Shown: piece by piece, positions 21,301 to 28,856 of the stretch
How positions within the stretch are numbered: position 1 is the stretch's first letter
Layout of the letters: each line of letters starts with the position of its first letter
Virus record (IMG/VR): IMGVR_UViG_3300020576_002947
Location: 128,001 to 192,000 of that record
Length of the DNA stretch: 64,000 bases
From: a virus
Taxonomy: Duplodnaviria; Caudoviricetes
Strand: one strand, 5' to 3'
Translations under genes and position numbers: made by a program
The notes under the pieces: model-generated
The model's database searches: none
Told to the model about the DNA's origin: nothing
The model's input: the letters and a program-made list of their open reading frames with translations, nothing else

Positions 21301-21747
21301 GTCTTCAGCAGCCTTGGCGCTAGCTCCTTTACCATTAGAATCTACGACACTTTGCTGTAGTCTTTCTGCTAAGGTTCTAGTAAAGACCTGTCTCTGTTTG
21401 TTTTGGTTAAATTGAGAGAAGACAGCAGTCTGAATATTTCCTAGACCTTCAATAGCCGCATTAGCAGCGTCTGAAAGTTTTATTTGTCTAAGAGAGGCTG
21501 ATTCTACACTTCCTTCTTGTAGATATCTTGATGAGGCAATAAGTTCTTCAGCATCAGCACCAATAGCACTGAGTATAGCCTTTCCTGCTCTACCTCCTAA
21601 TACCTCACTACCATACTTTATTATGGAAGGTGCAGCAGCAGTAAGGCCGATTACTGCTGCTGCGGTGTATGCTAGATTCCTTAGACTGTTCTTTCTAGGT
21701 TCTTCGCTCTGCCATTCGGCGGAGCTGCTCTGGTGATGGCGGAACAA
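15337..21747 (-). CDS. Tape-measure-like giant virion protein (about 2136 aa) with degenerate PD-(D/E)XK and SNase-like domains; start uncertain
   Basis: Directly follows the tail chaperone genes; helical Ala/Gly-rich composition; several hydrophobic segments (AYTAAAVIGLTAAAP; AAVSAGVVGYIAFGV...ALLFASLAATAAS). Confidence 0.65.
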   Translation of the reverse strand: MFRHHQSSSAEWQSEEPRKNSLRNLAYTAAAVIGLTAAAPSIIKYGSEVLGGRAGKAILSAIGADAEELIASSRYLQEGSVESASLRQIKLSDAANAAIEGLGNIQTAVFSQFNQNKQRQVFTRTLAERLQQSVVDSNGKGASAKAAEDWAERISHNMTSILQDTNSTQAFERATSASNLTGVQKIVGQSFDAENDIRVALDAAFKSPGAGRNDYATLIKTGDSAGSIIEAHREMVKAAARDDAVIKTFTAVDGREYRFKDLFNIGGENETKFLSSKGEDFDDFLTEEGRKVQQSIASETKGRNNGFLTDTLKEYHKNLTMALSESGAEAADGDLVRMQKNLSIFLETKTGLVNTGGKQQTGFIGKILEDTKKTLDSGYSRSNRANREIVSQAQIANAIRFQAAKGGQEMTIPLLPGVFNVNVSKLFNFLKSDPIRVKKLGELSLQPDLGKGAKGMGIGIGRKLFSLQTDGKNATFKAVNTDKSYRFLATSESKATRDALSARNKYRSKADPSVINFLDLDEIAEVGKGGGSNVVKAVRKFFLSDEDQATKARDLFYSMQHELYDVSESSTSSTSAILIPKKGVTEGLAAALLKKFSNNGEVSMDDLTELTFNLASSSKVHASTRFQALEHASNLAGSVPFNYSDDLAKIASKVGVINNSDSNYYMPGLLEVISANDADATWVAMDRMGWLNPSESLEGIIKLDSGLHRTLEYTKKDRLGFGAPGSSTEGFKHSTHEGFFGSKTGSKLYRDAQDAELDQLLTMRGESLVGGGEAFETFIKDSTKTGVTEIDSLLLQMAGITDGELGTQTKFLEKIYQNMTIGVADDKKVDRAAAKELLSMLGGWDLLNDRSLDITDETRAKIASNFIKSLKGLRGSTASATSNFENLLVERASDALQLGSARKVVDKRFGFLGKSRTPAIRDYSSVTSDLDYYAVQTLKDSSQIHNWLGASLQALVDPNASQTDLGHAAMSLVTTSNKLAEPLGLALGSQDLLTVPRYAAALTLKRLLPAYIGYELYNNINDDAETYGVPGLDDLSANIRAKLTIGIKKLGDLVGANEGTKDLVRAFPGLEKYITARTAEEYQEYLMTGYDAIKRGRFLVLGNKGDAAGSDVEYWRANYYRRAHSNWTSADNVQHASAETSFLPTLTNPLAPIARLLGPSWEERVKKDRPYRPDFSNNPKDAKSQALVGAENVVRTTAANYSNLKAYYGGGRNSSVYGDIENQALSAAGLEIAYGAEAGYGRGNGGLLGSETGKVEVYLNKPIRPSALRSSDSLVFDIIDKYRDQSGLYGGLLKALTGGMSPNYYDIPNQSSSDARDIRRYIYANKLGELSGEGGEFFRRVLGFPDKNYDAFSPYKNSMPSWLVAADEALGWGDPYTRGENYEQLLPGDAFERLNQYTRPNKVDISMLGRNEAEVIESMINPIGYYDSKIFEGEKAKMAQMEALSILQRQGALAGTNVPVYNEEMNYSGTVDAVMGGATKSVVKIVPLDSENFANQNAGYSVEEAIQLEMKALGVQRGVIAYINQDDPSQIRTRMVGLEQGKIRSAMSRIYQARETLEQLREIGALSPYETYDPLSRLQVLSRVKPNSRETRELESYFETKTTLGGHERIIFQQIKRDLDLMRRDYTLHTPLSSTNIRNVHAVVQYVTGEGHIVTKAGTYKVAGIEWESELVESGTIQEVLAHYGIKAGKVATFRTNANALDPELMGQQVFSADFGVINTPLQQIGRLSNRLVEKGYAREYQSGDPTDRVAFDRSLSPLAKLWEWGIHSDNMISNKFMRNRSPSEQLSRGDVYGSDYMSWSDLPNTLVAPTISNWASKAPLQAAVSAGVVGYIAFGVSKKGKGTSALLFASLAATAASIRGTYELATGKKWKPGATRRRDKFEDYWDALQYLKFSRLAEFYKDQAWRYEGTNVDLLSKSPYRLKKKAGKWSMLAIDAENKAKRTRMGFNVINGTVDQMIASISQPRRQAVKEALLYGNDNEKQKVFELLSPTEKRVTARYFGKSTPNIGLDEIFSKAYLPDEKWGGWSPDVDINDLKTRSRLAEGIQGRPIGKREIRQARSASQGVPLPNLDRVNRMPLSTKPKIDRILAGTGITTKDIQVMIDNKTAPTSNIDVSVNMKQDDTSGLESYMKDRAY

Positions 21748-22438
21748 TTACGTTACCCTTTTCTACTTCTTCTTGAAGTTCCTTAATAGTTTTTGTCGGT
21801 TTCGATCTAGACGTAAGAGTCATATGTTTAGACTCTACACCCTTAGAATTAAGAGACGGTTCGACAAAATCCATTTTCTCTGCTACTGCTACTCCTGGCG
21901 ATTGAGAAGCTCCTGAGAGTTCATTACAAAGACCATAGTAGGCCTCCTCACCAAAGATTGCCCTAAATCTTTCCTTTGTTGCTTGTATAGTCTTGAACTT
22001 TTGTATGTCATCCATAGTATCGAAACTATCAAAAGAAACATTATTAAGCAAAGCAACAGCTAGCGTTTTAATCTTAGAGTCATCAGAAGAAAGCCATTTA
22101 CCAGCAATATCAGCATGAGAGTAGTTATTATTCAGCTTGTAGTAAGTCGGAATAGAGTAACTACTAAAGTCAAGTACTAGGACAAATAGTGTAAATAGCG
22201 TGCCTGCAAGCATCTTATCCACTTCGAGCTTTGGTAAGATACAGTTATAGACAGCAAACTTTGAACAATCGTAAACTGATTTTTTATCTAATAATACTTT
22301 CCTAAAATAATTATCTTCCTGCTCAGTGAAAGACCTAATAAAGACATCAAAACTATCTTTATGATCATAAGGGCCAGCGATTCTAGCCCTTTTCCATGAG
22401 AAGCCAGGAACTAGCTCTATTCCTGTTTCAGTAACCAA
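21695..22438 (-). CDS. Tail assembly chaperone-like protein 2
   Basis: Lies between the tube genes and the tape-measure-like gene; shares the pattern F-x-x-R...C-(V/I)-(L/V)-x-P...G...(L/F)-S-(G/S) with the upstream gene; TTG start with GGAG 6 nt upstream. Confidence 0.55.
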   Translation of the reverse strand: MVTETGIELVPGFSWKRARIAGPYDHKDSFDVFIRSFTEQEDNYFRKVLLDKKSVYDCSKFAVYNCILPKLEVDKMLAGTLFTLFVLVLDFSSYSIPTYYKLNNNYSHADIAGKWLSSDDSKIKTLAVALLNNVSFDSFDTMDDIQKFKTIQATKERFRAIFGEEAYYGLCNELSGASQSPGVAVAEKMDFVEPSLNSKGVESKHMTLTSRSKPTKTIKELQEEVEKGNVIVPPSPEQLRRMAERRT

Positions 22439-23128
22439 TTACAGCTCCGTTATTTCAATCTCGTATGTTTCGCCAGAGAGTCTTCTAATTATCTGAGCAG
22501 TTGTTAGCAAGATACCTCTTGGGATAATAGCTATCTCAAACTCATCGGGCCAAACTACACACCTATCAACAACATGAATATCGTTTTGGTAGATAAAGGC
22601 TACATCACTCATATCGTTTCCTACGACAGGCCTGATAATGAAGTGGTAGTCACCTACTCTGACTTTACTAAGACTATACTGTGAATTAGTAGCTAGGACC
22701 TCATTAGCCTCATCCTCTGTAGGAGCACCCCACGGTTTGACATGGTAAATAGGGACTAAGTTTTTAGGCGGTCCTACTACATCTCCATTTATAGCTACTG
22801 ATATATAACCTGATAAATAAGTTACAGCATTTACAATCTCAGGTTTGATACCGATTGGCATCATTTTCTCTTCTTCTGGGGAGAGGGAAGGCCATAGTAC
22901 ACAAGCCTTGTAGACGTAGGACTCAAGAATCTTATTAGTCTCAAAATCGTTAGCCTCAAGCCCACTTGTATACAACGTCTGGATCTTCTCTAGATCCTCA
23001 GGGTACAAAGCTCTTAAAACAAAAGGAAACTTAGTCTTAGGATGACTAAACTTACTGATCGAAATTCCTTCTGGTAGACTCTGCTTAATCTCATTAATGA
23101 TTTCTTCTGTGAGTTCTCTTGGGTTCAT
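22439..23128 (-). CDS. Tail assembly chaperone-like protein 1 (two internal repeats)
   Basis: Repeats FVLRAL...ACVLWP...MPIGI...LSGY and FIIRPV...RCVVWP...IPRGI...LSGE; position upstream of the tape-measure-like gene. Confidence 0.6.
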   Translation of the reverse strand: MNPRELTEEIINEIKQSLPEGISISKFSHPKTKFPFVLRALYPEDLEKIQTLYTSGLEANDFETNKILESYVYKACVLWPSLSPEEEKMMPIGIKPEIVNAVTYLSGYISVAINGDVVGPPKNLVPIYHVKPWGAPTEDEANEVLATNSQYSLSKVRVGDYHFIIRPVVGNDMSDVAFIYQNDIHVVDRCVVWPDEFEIAIIPRGILLTTAQIIRRLSGETYEIEITEL

Positions 23129-23129
23129 A

Positions 23130-23933
23130 TTAAATCTCTAATATTTTTGTTACCGATGCTGCTGTAGTTTTGGAGTCGAATTTTTCGATCTGTCTAAGAC
23201 TATTTATTGGCTGTAGATCGGCAGCTACAAAACTATACACTTCAAGGTTAGGTACTCCTTGGTCAGAAACCCTCAGAGATCTTGAAGTTAGCCTACAATT
23301 TATTAATGTACAGCCGGTGCCTATATTGTAAAGAGGGTTTTCAGATGAATGATAAGCTTCTGTATACCTACCATCATTAGACATTCTGAGAAGTACACCT
23401 TCTCCTGCTCTGTAACCTGCCTGGATAGTCATAGTTAGATTAGCATATAAAGCTGGTTTATAAGAGTTAGCTACATACGAGTAGCTATTCTCCTCTTCCA
23501 TTATTGTTGAGAGATGGTTTGATTTATAGTACCTCTTTTCTTGCATTATCTTTGCTTGCTTTAGGCGAGCACTCTGCTTTTCCTTAGGATCGGTGATTAA
23601 ATCAAGTTCTGGTAAAAGCAATTCTGTTTCAACAGCAGCTTTAGGTCCACTACTATTACCAGTTTTAAATCCTCTTATTTTTTCAAGTAGTGCAAAGATA
23701 AACATATCTTGTTTATAGTTAATTGCAAACTCTCCTTGAATCATCCTCACACCCTTACTAAAAGAGGGGGTAAACTTATCCCAAGAATATACAGGGCTTG
23801 TATTTTCTATTAGTTGGTAGTTAAACTGAGTAATATCGTCGATAAAAAACCCGTTAATAAATAAACTACTACTTTTACCATTCCAGTAGCTGTTATTAAA
23901 TTCATCAACAATCTTATATTTATCTAGGTACAT
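23130..23933 (-). CDS. Tail tube-like/baseplate tube-initiator protein
   Basis: PVYSW...SKGVRMIQGEFAINY and terminal EVYSFVA parallel KGKRAIVGSMTLN and TYSFTS of the tube protein. Confidence 0.6.
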   Translation of the reverse strand: MYLDKYKIVDEFNNSYWNGKSSSLFINGFFIDDITQFNYQLIENTSPVYSWDKFTPSFSKGVRMIQGEFAINYKQDMFIFALLEKIRGFKTGNSSGPKAAVETELLLPELDLITDPKEKQSARLKQAKIMQEKRYYKSNHLSTIMEEENSYSYVANSYKPALYANLTMTIQAGYRAGEGVLLRMSNDGRYTEAYHSSENPLYNIGTGCTLINCRLTSRSLRVSDQGVPNLEVYSFVAADLQPINSLRQIEKFDSKTTAASVTKILEI

Positions 23934-23935
23934 AT

Positions 23936-24811
23936 TTAAAAGCCTCCTACAGGTAGGGTACTAATATCAGGTTCAGTTGTAGCAGTTTCTGTAGTAGGTT
24001 CTGTAGTAGTAGTTGTAGTACTGCTAGTGGTCGTGCTACTAGTGGTTGTACTACTACTAGAGGTCGTAGTTGTAGACGAGGTTGTTGTAGTAGATAGTGT
24101 AGTTACAGTATCAGTAGTAGTTCCTGTAGTAGTTGTAACTGAGATCTCTATTATATCCTCGCACGGAAGGTAAATATCTAGTATTAAATCAATTGATCCA
24201 GACGTACAAGCACCATTATGATTTAAACAGTACCATATTTTTGTATACTCATTTGTCCCGTCTATAGGAACTTTGATTACTTTATCTCTTGCTGGGTAAA
24301 ATGCAGGTGTAGATGGGTTAGGAGTTTCCCTAGAAAAAGCTATTATTACACTGTACGGCTTTGTTTGTAAGGTTGGGAAATCTGGTGAGGGAAATTCGTC
24401 TTGGCATAGCCACGGTTGAGCTATGGGATGAGGTAGACTATCGGTTGTACCTGTAATAGTATTCCCATAGTAACCTTCTGGGTAGATAGTTCCAAACTCA
24501 CTAACTAGACTCCCGCTAGCTCTCGCGTGTACCCAACATCTTGATATTGGGATAGTAAACCCACCCATCCAATCATAAGAAGCACTGGAAGTAATAGTGT
24601 AAGTAGTATTAGCACGAGGACCTCCACCACAAAAATAGTTTATACTCCACTCATTTGTTGTGGTAGCCTCTGTGGTAGTAGGAAACGTAGTTTCTGTAAC
24701 TGTACTAGTAGTTGAGGTTGTTGTAGAAGACTGGGTAGGGGATGTTTCAGCATCTATTAAAAGACTTCCAGCTACAAGACTGGTTAGTTTATCCCAAAAG
24801 ACCCTAATCAA
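23936..24811 (-). CDS. Thr/Ser-rich linker-flanked protein, probable virion accessory
   Basis: Two low-complexity T/S tracts flanking a Cys/aromatic-containing domain of about 165 aa; coupled to both neighbours. Confidence 0.6.
   Translation of the reverse strand: MIRVFWDKLTSLVAGSLLIDAETSPTQSSTTTSTTSTVTETTFPTTTEATTTNEWSINYFCGGGPRANTTYTITSSASYDWMGGFTIPISRCWVHARASGSLVSEFGTIYPEGYYGNTITGTTDSLPHPIAQPWLCQDEFPSPDFPTLQTKPYSVIIAFSRETPNPSTPAFYPARDKVIKVPIDGTNEYTKIWYCLNHNGACTSGSIDLILDIYLPCEDIIEISVTTTTGTTTDTVTTLSTTTTSSTTTTSSSSTTTSSTTTSSTTTTTTEPTTETATTEPDISTLPVGGF
23960..24140. repeat. Low-complexity (gta/gtt)n coding repeat encoding poly-Thr/Ser
   Basis: Run of gtagtagttgta-type triplets, translated TTTTSSSTTTTSSSSTTTSSTTT. 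Confidence 0.8.
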
Positions 24812-25418
24812 GTATTGCTACACCTTGACAAATAAAGCTTAACGATTGCATTGACTGAGGATTGTTAACATTGAATAAAACTAGATTTGAATCAACAAAG
24901 TTCAGTCTTTTTATCACAAAAGAATAGTATTCTTCTGAGTTTGAGTAAGGTACCACTACAGTAACATTCATTGGAGGTAAATCAGTTACTGAAAGCTGGT
25001 AATGACTGCCTGACTGGTATACTGCTGAACTAAATGATTTGACAAGCTGATTTGTAAAAGGAATTGATGGATTTGTAAAAACCATTGAACCAGCAACTGT
25101 TTTAATTCCTGTAGTAAATCCTTTTATAGCTCCTTGATCCCAGCCAGCTACAGGATGCTTGCCTTGATACTCCCCTATAGTAAGATGGTTTAGACCATAA
25201 GCTACGGCGTATTCTGCTTGAAATCCTCTTGCCTCAGTTCTGGCCCAAGGCAGGGAGAAAATCATCTCAGCCTCAATCCAATTGAGATGGTTTACTGGGT
25301 CTAAAACATTATAATCAGTAATGTTTATCTCATCAGTTGCTATCCGATCAGAATAATAGGATACAGGACGAATACCCGTCAAGCTATTTGAGAATCTATA
25401 TGAAGACGGAACAGCCAT
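24804..25418 (-). CDS. Tail tube-like protein (tube paralog)
   Basis: KGFTTGIKTVAGSMVF and TDLPPMNVTVV match KGKRAIVGSMTL and DELPPFNITVV of 25482..26243. Confidence 0.65.
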   Translation of the reverse strand: MAVPSSYRFSNSLTGIRPVSYYSDRIATDEINITDYNVLDPVNHLNWIEAEMIFSLPWARTEARGFQAEYAVAYGLNHLTIGEYQGKHPVAGWDQGAIKGFTTGIKTVAGSMVFTNPSIPFTNQLVKSFSSAVYQSGSHYQLSVTDLPPMNVTVVVPYSNSEEYYSFVIKRLNFVDSNLVLFNVNNPQSMQSLSFICQGVAILD

Positions 25419-25428
25419 ACTTAAAATA

Positions 25429-25456
25429 AAATAGAGGGCTGTTAGGCCCTCTATTT
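25429..25456 (-). terminator. Rho-independent terminator
   Basis: Perfect 11-bp stem AAATAGAGGGC/GCCCTCTATTT, 6-nt loop, T-rich tail on the minus strand; just after the tube gene. Confidence 0.8.
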
Positions 25457-25481
25457 GGATTTCTTACCTACCTAATTAGTA

Positions 25482-26243
25482 CTACTCAAACAACGGGGTC
25501 CAAGGAGTCATTAGAAGCGAAGTAAAGGAGTAGGTTACGGGAGCAGTCATATCGTTCATAGACCAACCTGTGGTCATCTGAGCAATGCTTACGCCAAACA
25601 AGGCACAAGCAGACATAACACCTGCGTCATTAGCACCAACAACAGTAATGTTGAAGGGAGGTAGTTCGTCAGCGTAGAGAATTCTGCGCTTTCGAAGATA
25701 CTTAGCCGACTCTCTAACTCTTTCGTTAAAGATGTTGTTACCAGCACTCTGACCAATTAGACCTTTAAGGTTATTATCAGCCTGAATACTCTTATTAACG
25801 ACTAGCTGTTCAGAGCTTACTGAGAAGCCCCTTCCTAGAACACCAGTCTTATCAATTGTAGTCTCTTCGATGCGAGAGTAGTCACTACCAGCCATCATGA
25901 AGTCAGTTTGCTGAGCAATACCTTCCTTCTCATGAAGTCTAAAAACTTCGTAAAGAATAGCATCACGATCAAACTGGTTAAGCGTCATAGATCCAACAAT
26001 AGCTCTCTTACCCTTAACCATAGTTAGTGGATCTGCATTACCCATGCCGTAGAGACCAATGATCTCTCGGTTGATAGTTGCAGTTAGGGTATTAATGTGG
26101 GCTACCGGAACATCGTTAAACCACATTTGCAGGTCGGACCCAGAGAACGAAGATGGCAACTTGCTCTGAAGCGCAGTGAAATCTGTGCTATTCAGATCAA
26201 CCAAGTTGAACATATCAACTCTTGAATATCTAGTTCTGTTCAT
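25482..26243 (-). CDS. Major tail tube protein
   Basis: Directly follows the sheath gene and is followed by a terminator; motifs FSGSD, REIIGLYGMGNADP..KGKR.IVGS, DELPPFNIT are typical of large-myovirus tube proteins. Confidence 0.75.
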   Translation of the reverse strand: MNRTRYSRVDMFNLVDLNSTDFTALQSKLPSSFSGSDLQMWFNDVPVAHINTLTATINREIIGLYGMGNADPLTMVKGKRAIVGSMTLNQFDRDAILYEVFRLHEKEGIAQQTDFMMAGSDYSRIEETTIDKTGVLGRGFSVSSEQLVVNKSIQADNNLKGLIGQSAGNNIFNERVRESAKYLRKRRILYADELPPFNITVVGANDAGVMSACALFGVSIAQMTTGWSMNDMTAPVTYSFTSLLMTPWTPLFE

Positions 26244-26283
26244 TTTCTTTTATTATTTCCTCTGTGTTACGATATTCTTATGA

Positions 26284-27993
26284 TTAGCTCTTCCTAGCAA
26301 CAGTTAGGTTAATCTGAATCTCGTTGATAGTTCTAGCAATGAGCAGACTTAGATCAACCATAACCTGTCCAATCTGATCACCTTCGACTGTCTGGTAGAC
26401 TGAGTATTTATAGCCAACACCCTCTCCACCCTGCAGACTACCTTCCGCACTGTAAGAGTCTAGAACGTCTTTAACAGCCGTCTTCATATTAGCAAGAACA
26501 GCAGGACTAGCAGCAATGCCGCAGTACCTAACCAACCTATCTCTCAGAGAGCCTAGAATTGAGTTGCATGTTCGAATAGTACTTGCCTGCCTAAAGTCGT
26601 TATTCCTATCAGCAGCAGTTGGGTCTGATAGAATTACAAGAGATTCGTTAGTTACCTGACCGTTCTTAGCAAGAACGATATAAGCACCCTTACCTAGAAG
26701 TGGATTAATGCTACCATCATGACCGACACCAAATGTCAGTTTTTGAGCAAGGTAACCAGGATAAGTATTGTCGTATGAAAGAACTCCACGAAGTCTCTTA
26801 AAGGTGAGAGTCTCACCAGTGCTTAGAGTACTATGAAGAGCAGCAATCGAGCAAGTTGGGGTATCGTAATAAACACCAAGCTGTGGATGGGTATACTGGG
26901 CGTCTGGACCAGCAACAACCAAAACTCTTCGACCTAGGTCTAAAGTCTCTCCATTAGAAGTCTGTTTAATACCATTGTACAGAAGCGGGCCTGCCTTAAG
27001 CCATTTACCTGCTGAGCTGAAGTAGCCATACTCAGTAGCAAGAAGACTGTTATTTACATAGTCCAAGATCGCTGACCGATCCCGCAGTCTTGTGGGACGG
27101 CAACCTAGATAAGCTAGACAAGGAGATGCTTCGTGAGATAGATACTCAGCAAACAAAGCCATATCAGCATAAATTGAGGTGGATGTAGAACCAGCATCTA
27201 CGATCTCATCATCAAAATAGATACAACCTAGATGGATAATGGAGGCTCTTACTTTATCACCAATCAAAGTGTTAAATGTAGAATCTTCACCAACAGCAAT
27301 CATATCAGCAAGACCCTGCTTACTTGTAGCATAGTCTTCACCAGGAGCTGTAGTACCATTAGTACCACCTGACAGGGTAACTGTACCAGAACCAAGAGCT
27401 GTTACTAGAGAAGTAAGAGCAGTGGGCCATGAGTTTCTATTGATAGAAATTGTTCTATTTCTATTAGAAGAGTTGATAAAGTCGATCAGCTCACCAATGG
27501 TCTGAGTATTAGCAAACTCAAAAGTTCTAATACCTTCCTTATTAGTTGGCTGTGTAAGTTTAAAGTAAGTAAAGCCTGACGAGGCTCCTGTACCTGCGTA
27601 AACCTGAACAGAAACACTGTTGTAGATTCGTCCAGGGTAAACTGCGCGTATATCCAGCTTATTTGAAAATGCAGACGGGGACGAAGCATACGATCCAGAG
27701 CATCTAACAAGGACAATATCCTTAGCAAGCTCATTTAGTGCCTCAACAAAGTTCTTAGCTAGAGAAGAATGAGCATCCTTCCCTGTCTCTGTTGAAGTAT
27801 TAGGATCGTTGTACCCGCTTGTATAAATAGCCGGACCAAACACCTTCTCGAACTCAGAGTAATTTCTTACTCGAATTGGTGTATTGAGAGGGCCGTCTAA
27901 GGCTGTGCCAATGATTAGCAGAGGCTCACCAGTAATGGTCTGCCCCTGATCTCCAATGACTCCACCTATTAGATTAGTTGTAATTCCGTTCAT
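26284..27993 (-). CDS. Contractile tail sheath protein
   Basis: 569 aa; N-terminal LIIGTALDGPLNTPIRVRNYSEFEKVFG, LSGGTNG, C-terminal QVMVDLSLLIARTINEIQINLTV; GAGGA RBS. Confidence 0.85.
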   Translation of the reverse strand: MNGITTNLIGGVIGDQGQTITGEPLLIIGTALDGPLNTPIRVRNYSEFEKVFGPAIYTSGYNDPNTSTETGKDAHSSLAKNFVEALNELAKDIVLVRCSGSYASSPSAFSNKLDIRAVYPGRIYNSVSVQVYAGTGASSGFTYFKLTQPTNKEGIRTFEFANTQTIGELIDFINSSNRNRTISINRNSWPTALTSLVTALGSGTVTLSGGTNGTTAPGEDYATSKQGLADMIAVGEDSTFNTLIGDKVRASIIHLGCIYFDDEIVDAGSTSTSIYADMALFAEYLSHEASPCLAYLGCRPTRLRDRSAILDYVNNSLLATEYGYFSSAGKWLKAGPLLYNGIKQTSNGETLDLGRRVLVVAGPDAQYTHPQLGVYYDTPTCSIAALHSTLSTGETLTFKRLRGVLSYDNTYPGYLAQKLTFGVGHDGSINPLLGKGAYIVLAKNGQVTNESLVILSDPTAADRNNDFRQASTIRTCNSILGSLRDRLVRYCGIAASPAVLANMKTAVKDVLDSYSAEGSLQGGEGVGYKYSVYQTVEGDQIGQVMVDLSLLIARTINEIQINLTVARKS

Positions 27994-28022
27994 TTATTCC
28001 TCAGTAACTCCGTTTTTTTGGG

Positions 28023-28856
28023 TTAAGAATTAAAGGTTAGACGAGAGGATGTTAGGTAAGAAATCCAAAACTCTTCATCTAAATTAGGGTAGAGCCCTGT
28101 TTTAAGGGCCCACTTTATATAGTAAGAAGAATTTTGTCTATTATCTACCTTCTCAAGAGTATAATCAGTACCCCTGGTTAAAATTACATATCTCCCGTTC
28201 CGGTATAGTTTGATTTCAAGCACACTTGTTACAACCAAGCCATTATCTGTCGAGATTGTATAGGTCTCATCTTCGGAACTCCTAACCAATTTTATATTAT
28301 CATAGTAGAGGCCATCCCCTATTACACTAAACTGTATATTTGAGATGACTTTAGAGGGTCTAACTGTATATACAGCCAGCTTTACCTCAAAGCGAAGAGT
28401 AACTTTTCCTATCTCCCCTTTGGAATTAGGATCAGTCTCAATTATAGTCTCCCTCCAGGTTATTTCTGAAGTAGGGTATCTTGTCTGAAAAATACCTCTA
28501 GAGTCCTGAATAGACTGCTCAATATCCCAAGCCATCTCTGAAATATCAAGAGATATTGGATAATAAAGAACAAAATCTACTAGAAGATTATAGTTCTGCT
28601 GGTATCTTTGGTTTACAGTACCACCTTCAGCACTGCCATGAAAACCTGAGAATGTTCTTCCTTGCCCCTTTACGAGATCCCTGACTCTTTTAGAAACCTT
28701 ACCAATAATTATTGGGCTTGTTAAAGTGTCATTAGGTGGCCTATCTGCAAAGCGTATTTTATGGTAAGATAAAACATCTGCAATTAACTCAAGTAAGTAT
28801 TTTGGAGTTAAGTTAGGATTTGTTGCAATTAAAGTTTGAATTGATGGTGAAATCAT
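28023..28856 (-). CDS. Putative tail completion/terminator protein
   Basis: Position between neck genes and sheath; beta-rich pattern; no diagnostic motif. Confidence 0.4.
   Translation of the reverse strand: MISPSIQTLIATNPNLTPKYLLELIADVLSYHKIRFADRPPNDTLTSPIIIGKVSKRVRDLVKGQGRTFSGFHGSAEGGTVNQRYQQNYNLLVDFVLYYPISLDISEMAWDIEQSIQDSRGIFQTRYPTSEITWRETIIETDPNSKGEIGKVTLRFEVKLAVYTVRPSKVISNIQFSVIGDGLYYDNIKLVRSSEDETYTISTDNGLVVTSVLEIKLYRNGRYVILTRGTDYTLEKVDNRQNSSYYIKWALKTGLYPNLDEEFWISYLTSSRLTFNS

Noticed and set aside
23960-24140. Short periodic sequence as a CRISPR array or satellite
   Set aside because: Triplet periodicity encodes poly-Thr/Ser; there is no constant repeat with unique spacers
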